Origin: Spirochaetia bacterium
GTDB taxonomy: Bacteria; Spirochaetota; Spirochaetia; Treponematales; UBA12059
DNA: 64,000 nucleotides
NCBI GenBank assembly: GCA_034003955.1
Contig: JAVEXO010000012.1
Location: 337 to 64,336, forward strand
Direction: 5' to 3'
Part shown: positions 55,992-64,000 of the stretch, piece by piece
Position numbering within the stretch: position 1 is the stretch's first letter
Layout of the letters: every line of letters starts with the position of its first letter
The notes under the pieces: generated by a model
Told to the model about the DNA's origin: nothing
The model's input: only the letters and a program-made list of their open reading frames with translations
Database searches by the model: none
Position numbers and translations under genes: made by a program

Positions 55992-56866
55992 CGTGACGCT
56001 CGCTTCAATGACGAACCTATGCGCCGTAGGTTATCAAGCCAGTCTCTTGCCAGGGGGTCTATGCTTATGACCGTTCCTCCTATGGCATCTGCTACGACCT
56101 TGGCCGCGCTGGCAGGGAATTGCGCCTGGACAAATATGACCTTGGCCCCATCCGCCCGAGCCTCGGCTATCAGGGCCGCTATTGTCTTCTGGGTAGGTTC
56201 CTTGCCACCTGTTTCTACTGCCTCCTGTCGTATGCCTAGATCGTCGAGCAGGTAGCCAAAGGCTGGGTGATAGACGAAGACAGGCTTGCCTTTAAGGGGG
56301 GCAAGCTCGGCTGACAGTTCATCATACACAGAGTCTATGTCGAGTATGAGTGATTCATACCGTGCCTCGAAGGTCGTCTTCCCGGCAGGATCGGCATTGG
56401 AAAGGGCCGCAAGCATGTTTGCGGCTATCGATTTAGAGGCCTGCCTTCCAAGCCAGACGTGGGGGTCGAGACCGGATTCTCCATGGTCGTCTCCATCAGG
56501 CCCTTCATCATGGCTATGGGCCTCGAGGCTTCTGTACCGTATTCCAAGTGTCGTATCGACTATAGGCAGGCTGGGGTAGAGAGCCGCTATTCTTGGCTTA
56601 AGAGCGTTCTCAAATTCTGAACCTATGGTGAACCACAGAGTGGCCTTGGACAAATCAGCCATCTGCCTGGGGCTGGGTTCATAGGCGTGAGGGCTTTGGC
56701 CTGCTCCAACAAGAACGAGCGGCTTGAAGCTATCGCCGGCGATTCGTTCTACGAAGTATGCCTGTGGCAGTATACTAACGACCGCAACCTTGGCAGGTGC
56801 TGCGTAAAGCGGAACAGAAAGGGTAGCTATAAGCACGGCGCTTGCGACTATGCTGCCTGGTTTCAT
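55988..56866 (-). CDS. znuA: Metal ABC transporter substrate-binding protein (ZnuA/TroA cluster 9) with a His/Asp-rich loop
   Basis: Signal peptide. Acidic/His loop HSHDEGPDGDDHGESGLDPHVW, typical of zinc-specific ZnuA. Confidence 0.85.
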   Translation of the reverse strand: MKPGSIVASAVLIATLSVPLYAAPAKVAVVSILPQAYFVERIAGDSFKPLVLVGAGQSPHAYEPSPRQMADLSKATLWFTIGSEFENALKPRIAALYPSLPIVDTTLGIRYRSLEAHSHDEGPDGDDHGESGLDPHVWLGRQASKSIAANMLAALSNADPAGKTTFEARYESLILDIDSVYDELSAELAPLKGKPVFVYHPAFGYLLDDLGIRQEAVETGGKEPTQKTIAALIAEARADGAKVIFVQAQFPASAAKVVADAIGGTVISIDPLARDWLDNLRRIGSSLKRASR

Positions 56867-56891
56867 GATATCTCCTTAAGTGATGCTATTC

Positions 56892-56912
56892 TTTTGCGAA
56901 TGATTCGCAAAA
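56892..56912. promoter_or_regulatory. Candidate Zur/Fur-type operator
   Basis: Perfect 10-1-10 palindrome TTTTGCGAAT-G-ATTCGCAAAA, 26 bp upstream of the znuA start codon. Confidence 0.6.
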
Positions 56913-57041
56913 AATACTGCAGACTGATGCTGTCGGCAAGTGCTAAAGAGCTATATTGTGTTCTTGTTTACGAGCCTGTCACGGTTTATACTCTGTCGCG
57001 GCGTACCAGCGCCAATATGAGCAACACGCCATGTTTGGAGG

Positions 57042-59120
<2,079 letters not shown>

Positions 59121-59124
59121 TACT

Positions 59125-59910
59125 ATGGCTGACGACAAGCGCCTGTATCTAGTCATGCATCCTAACCACGCGTTGATAGCGAGCCAGCTCGATCCCGCGC
59201 GGTTCGCCAAACACTATACCCAGGGTTCCACCCGGTATTTTGAAGGGCGGCTGATATTTGTGGAGATCGATCCTTCATTCCGTCATCCTTACTTTAAGAT
59301 AGATCAGGCCTTTGCTGATCTCAAACCGCACGAGGATGGCCGGCCTAAGGCTACCAAATTCATATCGAGCTACCGCACCTTTGAGCACATGGATTTTGAC
59401 GCCTTTGGCAAGTTGTACTATTGCAACTCGCTGGGTGATTTTGTGGAACACGAGTCGGCAGACTATGATCCCAAGATGCGGGGCGACGAGATGCGCATTG
59501 TACTCGAGGCCAACCCCATCAAGATGATGGTGCTCACTAAGTACAACTTCATAGACTACGCCAAGTTTATAACGGACCCTGATATGCCAAAGGGCGCTCC
59601 TGTCATGTTCTACTCCCAGCTGGAATTTAACGTCGACGACTTCCTCAAGGAGTTCCAGGATAATCCCTTCATTCGATGCTTCGTACCCGGTATCCATCCG
59701 GCCCGCCTGCGTGAGGCTATCTTCGAGGTGCGTGCCAAGCCAGGCAAGAACACCAAGGGTCTGTCACTGGACTGCCCGGTGGACCGCATTTCATACAAAT
59801 TCTTGAGGCACGGATTCATGTTTGCCTCTGCTAAACAGACAAAGTTCTATCCTCTCATGCCACTGGAAGAGGTAGAGCGCAAGCACTACAAATTCTGGAA
59901 AAATATGTAA
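59125..59910 (+). CDS. Hypothetical protein, 261 aa
   Basis: ORF starts 4 nt after the hppA stop. Composition is coding-like. No family recognised. Confidence 0.6.
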   Translation: MADDKRLYLVMHPNHALIASQLDPARFAKHYTQGSTRYFEGRLIFVEIDPSFRHPYFKIDQAFADLKPHEDGRPKATKFISSYRTFEHMDFDAFGKLYYCNSLGDFVEHESADYDPKMRGDEMRIVLEANPIKMMVLTKYNFIDYAKFITDPDMPKGAPVMFYSQLEFNVDDFLKEFQDNPFIRCFVPGIHPARLREAIFEVRAKPGKNTKGLSLDCPVDRISYKFLRHGFMFASAKQTKFYPLMPLEEVERKHYKFWKNM

Positions 59911-60065
59911 GGCAGTGAGCCCTACACACGCGCGCTACAGAGACGACGGGCCTGCAAGGCTAAACTTGCAGGTTATACGTTTCTATGGCGCGCGTTTTTT
60001 TTATGCCATGGCACCTTGTTACAGAATTTCATGCGTGCCGTGATTTTCTAGGAAAGTGAGCCACT

Positions 60066-61475
60066 ATGAAGCCCATCACAGACGCCGAATCTATATTCCG
60101 AGCGGCCGTAGCTAGGGTCGATCCTGTGCCGATGATACAGAAGGCACTGCGGATAGTCGTCGATTCACCGGGAAGCCATTCACCGGGACGACGCAGGCCA
60201 GAGCGGCTTGTGGTGCTTTCAGGCGTGAGCGATGAAACCAGCTACGATCTTAATGCCTATGACAGGATTTTTGTGACAGGCATGGGCAAGGCTTCCGCTC
60301 GCATGGCCTTAGGGCTGGAGAACGTCCTCGGTTCCAGGCTGTCGGGAGGCCTCGTCGCCGTCAAGGAAGGGCATGTAGAGAAGCTTGCGCGCGTCAGGCT
60401 CATTGAATCGAGCCACCCGGTACCCGATGGCAGGTCTGTAGTAGCGGCTCGCTCCATACTGGAGCTTGGTGCCTCACTGGGTACTACCCTGGGTGACAGA
60501 GACCTTGTCATAGTGCTTGTTTCTGGCGGCGGTTCGTCCCTCCTGTGCGCGCCTGCACCAGGCATAAGCCTCGAGGACAAGATTGCCGTGACGAGACTCC
60601 TCTTATCCTGCGGAGCGACGATTCATGAGATGAACTGCGTGAGGAAGCACCTGTCTGCCGTAAAAGGCGGCCAGCTGGCCGCGGCTCTCGCTCCTGCTAC
60701 GGTGCTGGCTCTCGTTCTGTCTGATGTGATAGGGGATGATCTTGATACCATAGCCTCGGGACCTACCGTGCCTGATTCAAGCAGCTTTGCCGATGCCTTA
60801 CACATAGTCAGGCGTTACGGCATAGAGGAAAAGCTACCTGTTTCAGTGGCTTCTCGCTTGCGTTCTGGCGCTGCCGGGGGGTCAGGATCCCCCAGCGAGA
60901 CGCCAAAACCGGGAGACCCTCTCTTTGAGAGGGTTAGAACCGTGCTTGTGGGCACCAACAGGCTTGCCTTGGAGGCGGCTAGAACCGAGGCTCAAGGTCT
61001 TGGCTACGACACACTGGTATTGAGTTCCCGTCTGACAGGAGAAGCCAGGGAGCTTGCATTGACATTCCTTGGAATAGGACAGGATATAGCGGCATCGGGT
61101 TTTCCTCTCAGGGCGCCAGCCTGTGTGATTGCAGGCGGAGAGACAACCGTTACCATCCGTGGTAAGGGGAGAGGAGGTCGTAACCAGGAGATGGCCTTGG
61201 CCTTCCTTGCGGCCTTGGGGCGTTCCGGCAAGGCTAGCGATCGCCTGACATTCCTGTCTGGAGGAACCGATGGCAACGATGGCCCTACCGATGCGGCTGG
61301 AGCCGTCGTACATGCCGGGCTGTATGAGTCAGCAAAGACCTTGGGTCTCGATATCGATGCCGCCCTCGATACCAACGATTCGTACACATACTTCAAGCAG
61401 GCAGGGGGCCTTCTTATGACAGGACCTACAAACACCAACGTGTGCGACGTGCAGGTGCTACTCGTCAATGATTAG
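60066..61475 (+). CDS. Glycerate 2-kinase / hydroxypyruvate-reductase-like protein (DUF4147 + MOFRL)
   Basis: 469 aa. VLVSGGGSSLL, LSDVIGDD and GGETTV blocks are typical of MOFRL-family glycerate kinases. Confidence 0.75.
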   Translation: MKPITDAESIFRAAVARVDPVPMIQKALRIVVDSPGSHSPGRRRPERLVVLSGVSDETSYDLNAYDRIFVTGMGKASARMALGLENVLGSRLSGGLVAVKEGHVEKLARVRLIESSHPVPDGRSVVAARSILELGASLGTTLGDRDLVIVLVSGGGSSLLCAPAPGISLEDKIAVTRLLLSCGATIHEMNCVRKHLSAVKGGQLAAALAPATVLALVLSDVIGDDLDTIASGPTVPDSSSFADALHIVRRYGIEEKLPVSVASRLRSGAAGGSGSPSETPKPGDPLFERVRTVLVGTNRLALEAARTEAQGLGYDTLVLSSRLTGEARELALTFLGIGQDIAASGFPLRAPACVIAGGETTVTIRGKGRGGRNQEMALAFLAALGRSGKASDRLTFLSGGTDGNDGPTDAAGAVVHAGLYESAKTLGLDIDAALDTNDSYTYFKQAGGLLMTGPTNTNVCDVQVLLVND

Positions 61476-61588
61476 TGTTACGAAGCTTGGTGATGCTTGC
61501 CTGGAGGAGTTTAAGATCGTATGATACTAAACAGGCGCGATGAACAGCGCTCTGGTATTTGCAACTAATAATAGTAATGGAGGTGTGT

Positions 61589-62086
61589 ATGCTTGATAAT
61601 GAGGTGCTCGCGGCTATAAAGAGCGGTATGAAGGGCGAACTTGATTCAATAACCGTCTACGAGGATGCCGCAGCGGCATCTGTGGGGGAGGTCAAGGACT
61701 TCTTTACGGAGCGAGCTGCCGCAGAAAAAGAACATTTTAATTACCTATTGGGGTATTACAAGACACATACGGTAAACCTGACGCCAGAGCGCAATGCCGC
61801 GGCTGAACTGGGTGGGTCATGGAAGTCTGCAATAATAAGCAAGCCCTTCCTCACTCAGATTGCATCATCTCGTCACCTGACGGCTGCCATATCGGCCGCG
61901 CTCCACCTGGAGTTAGATGCCGTCAAGCTCTATAGGGATTGGGCCACGCGTGCCAAGGCGCCCGAGCTTAAGAGCCTCCTGGAACGCTTAACGGTTTGGG
62001 AGCAACAGCATTACGATGATCTCTTGAGCATACAGGAAGAGCTTGAACAACATTACTTTGATATAAACAATTTTAAACCGTTCTAG
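61589..62086 (+). CDS. Ferritin-like (rubrerythrin-type four-helix-bundle) domain protein
   Basis: Start at MLDNEVL after GGAGG. Two E..H-like half-sites (AAEKEHF; WEQQHYDD). Confidence 0.6.
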   Translation: MLDNEVLAAIKSGMKGELDSITVYEDAAAASVGEVKDFFTERAAAEKEHFNYLLGYYKTHTVNLTPERNAAAELGGSWKSAIISKPFLTQIASSRHLTAAISAALHLELDAVKLYRDWATRAKAPELKSLLERLTVWEQQHYDDLLSIQEELEQHYFDINNFKPF

Positions 62087-62169
62087 ATGTCTATGGAGAG
62101 CCTGGCTGCCAGGCAAGGCTCTCCGTGCATAACCTTCCGTCTCAGTAGGCAAAGGCCTCTGTTATACTT

Positions 62170-63207
62170 TTACCAATAATTAAGCACGTCTTCAGCAAAA
62201 CCCAGGAATTTGTTTAGCTTGATCTTCTTCCCGTCGTCTAATACGACGGCTCCTGTAAATTCTCCAAAAACCTGATGCTGTACCGATTGTATGGGGCCCA
62301 TGGACGTGACCGAATTTCTGTCTACAAGCGGTTTAAAGTCCATCTCGAAGCGGCCGTCTGAACTTGAGAAACGCCAGGGCTGTGTATAGTCACTCTCGTC
62401 TAGATGAAAGCTAACCTCTGCCAGCTTGTGAATCTTTCCCCCGTAGAACAAGACGTTTTCACTGGCTGGTGTTCGGTCTGAGAAGCCATAGCCTATGTTC
62501 CATCCGAATGGAATGGAGCCTAGGTAGCCAGAGGCCGAGCCCCAGTACCAGCGATTCTTATAGGTCCAGCGACCACGGCCCCAGTCGAGTGCCCCAAAGT
62601 CACGGCCGGGGTCGAATTCATAGCGACTCTTGCCTATCGTGAAGCCACCCGAGGCCTGCATGCAGTTTATCTTACGGTTGTAATAGAAGGCCCGGCGGTT
62701 TTCTGCCCACGACGTGGCTATGTTCATGCTTTCAAGCTCTGGGCTCTGGGCCAGGATGATGGCGCCTTCAAGCCCCATTTCACCGGCGGCATTCTTGAGG
62801 CCAGGAGCCTTGAATGACAGGGTGCGGATACCACCGGCGTATACAAAAGCCATGGAGAGCCGCTTGTCTCCGAATGATACATGGCCTTCATCCGAGCCCG
62901 ATGGAAAACCTGTCTTTCCGAGCGGCAAGAGGCTCAGGGTATCTACCTGGTGCGAGCTTCCGTTTTTTAAGTCTATGAAACACAGGGCGAAGAGGCCTGC
63001 ATAGCCTAGGTCGCTCATGGTCAGGGTCAGGGCGAAGCGTCCCTTGTTAGACAGCACAGAGAAATAATCCCATTCCTTTATCCTCAGTGGGCTGGCTTTG
63101 ATGGCTGATCTGTCGTATCGCCAGTAGGGGTGTCGTGCCCAGCCTTCCTTGCTTATCTTGCCTGAGTCGTCGAGCAGGTCGATGGGAGATAGGATTTCTT
63201 TCTGCAT
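62170..63207 (-). CDS. DUF2804-family protein
   Basis: 345-aa soluble protein. N-terminal PYWRYDRSAIKASPLRIKEWDYFSV resembles what I recall of DUF2804. Confidence 0.5.
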   Translation of the reverse strand: MQKEILSPIDLLDDSGKISKEGWARHPYWRYDRSAIKASPLRIKEWDYFSVLSNKGRFALTLTMSDLGYAGLFALCFIDLKNGSSHQVDTLSLLPLGKTGFPSGSDEGHVSFGDKRLSMAFVYAGGIRTLSFKAPGLKNAAGEMGLEGAIILAQSPELESMNIATSWAENRRAFYYNRKINCMQASGGFTIGKSRYEFDPGRDFGALDWGRGRWTYKNRWYWGSASGYLGSIPFGWNIGYGFSDRTPASENVLFYGGKIHKLAEVSFHLDESDYTQPWRFSSSDGRFEMDFKPLVDRNSVTSMGPIQSVQHQVFGEFTGAVVLDDGKKIKLNKFLGFAEDVLNYW

Positions 63208-63365
63208 GCGTGCCTCCGCCGTCTATACGATACTATACGCTCTGAATCCACGCTTTGCCAGCTGTTAATGCTGGCGTACGATGCTACAGCTGGCATATAG
63301 TCAAGGAGCATTGCTAGACTGCGCTTAGTGCCGCCACATTGGATGAGCGCCGGCAAGGAGAGAAC

Positions 63366-63632
63366 ATGGCCGATACTGAGACTCTTGATCCCCTCCATGG
63401 CGTTACCCTGGCTACGATGCTGGAGCAGCTGGAGGAGAGGATGGGCTGGGACGGGCTTGCACTGAAGATACCTGTTAATTGTTTTCAGAGCGAACCTAGC
63501 CTCTCGTCGAGCCTTAAATTCCTGCGCCGCACGCCCTGGGCCAGGCAGAAGGTTGAACTTCTATACTTGTACACCTTTTACCCCAAGAAGGCTGGAGAGC
63601 TTGCCAAAAGAAGACGGGGTATTGACGTTTGA
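63366..63632 (+). CDS. VF530/DUF2132-family small DNA-binding-like protein
   Basis: LHGVTLATMLEQLEERMGWDGLALKIPVNCF...SSLKFLRRTPWARQKVE matches the DUF2132 pattern as recalled. Start at MADTETL. Confidence 0.6.
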   Translation: MADTETLDPLHGVTLATMLEQLEERMGWDGLALKIPVNCFQSEPSLSSSLKFLRRTPWARQKVELLYLYTFYPKKAGELAKRRRGIDV

Positions 63633-63743
63633 TTTTAATGTACGTCGTTAAAAGCCTGTGCTATTCTGTTATCCAACCATCGGGCAACGCCATGATGCGT
63701 ACATATCCCGGGATAGATGCATGAAAACTTTGAGGAGGCTACT

Positions 63744-64000
63744 ATGAAGAAGTCACTGGCGGTCCTGTTCGTATTGCTCGCTCTCGGAGCTAGCGTGTTT
63801 GCGGCTCCCAAGAGCAAGGTCAAGATTGCGCTGATCATAGAATCGACTATCGACGACAAGGGTTGGGGTCAGGCTATGAGTGATGCAATCCTGGATATTC
63901 AGAAAAAATACGGCTCCTCTCTCATCGAATACAACTATAGTGAGAAGATGAAGCCAGTGGATGCAGGATCTGCAGCAAGGCAGTACGCCTCACGTGGCTT
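63744..64000 (+). CDS. BMP-family (PnrA-like) ABC transporter substrate-binding protein; C-terminus lies beyond the window edge
   Basis: GAGGAGG RBS. Signal peptide MKKSLAVLFVLLALGASVFA. KIALIIESTIDDKGWGQA is typical of the BMP family. Confidence 0.7.
   Translation, partial: MKKSLAVLFVLLALGASVFAAPKSKVKIALIIESTIDDKGWGQAMSDAILDIQKKYGSSLIEYNYSEKMKPVDAGSAARQYASRG

Noticed and set aside
61559-61588. Ten-codon N-terminal extension (MQLIIVMEVC) of the ferritin-like gene
   Set aside because: The GGAGG RBS lies inside this extension, directly upstream of the internal ATG at 61589.

Overview
This 64-kb window is gene-dense, about 55% GC, and looks like chromosomal DNA from an anaerobic, motile, amino-acid-fermenting bacterium. 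Heavy ATA/AGG codon use, fliL/cheW/MCP genes, GTP-type PEP carboxykinase and a membrane pyrophosphatase fit a spirochaete- or Synergistetes-like organism. I cannot assign taxonomy from sequence alone.

The main block is a lysine-fermentation locus at about 23.57-36.43 kb:
- kdd, kce and kamA
- a P-loop protein and a MutS-domain-V ATPase
- kamD and kamE
- an NhaC-type transporter
- atoD and atoA

The rest is mostly housekeeping:
- tRNA-Ala(GGC)
- oppABCDF
- a cytoplasmic chemoreceptor
- hsp20, fliL, pepT, murB, cysS, glyA, queG and cheW
- pckG
- znuACB with zur
- hppA and a glycerate kinase

I found no classical defence system, integrase, transposase, CRISPR array or rRNA.

The most unusual signals are at the RNA/DNA level:
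1. A near-identical 211-bp tandem duplication of a GC-rich, highly structured element lies directly after tRNA-Ala. Each copy carries an inverted copy of that tRNA's 3' end.
2. A family of purine-arm/pyrimidine-arm intercistronic elements sits in front of kdd, kamA and the next gene. One copy has a GxxExxY (PD-(D/E)XK-like) ORF nested in its loop.
3. A 475-nt non-coding, strongly structured spacer separates kdd and kce.
4. An 8-bp tandem duplication frameshifts a lipoprotein gene.
5. A near-consensus sigma-54 promoter precedes hsp20.
6. Palindromic 16-bp tandem arrays bracket pckG.

All functional calls come from motif recognition in the translated ORFs. No database search was possible.
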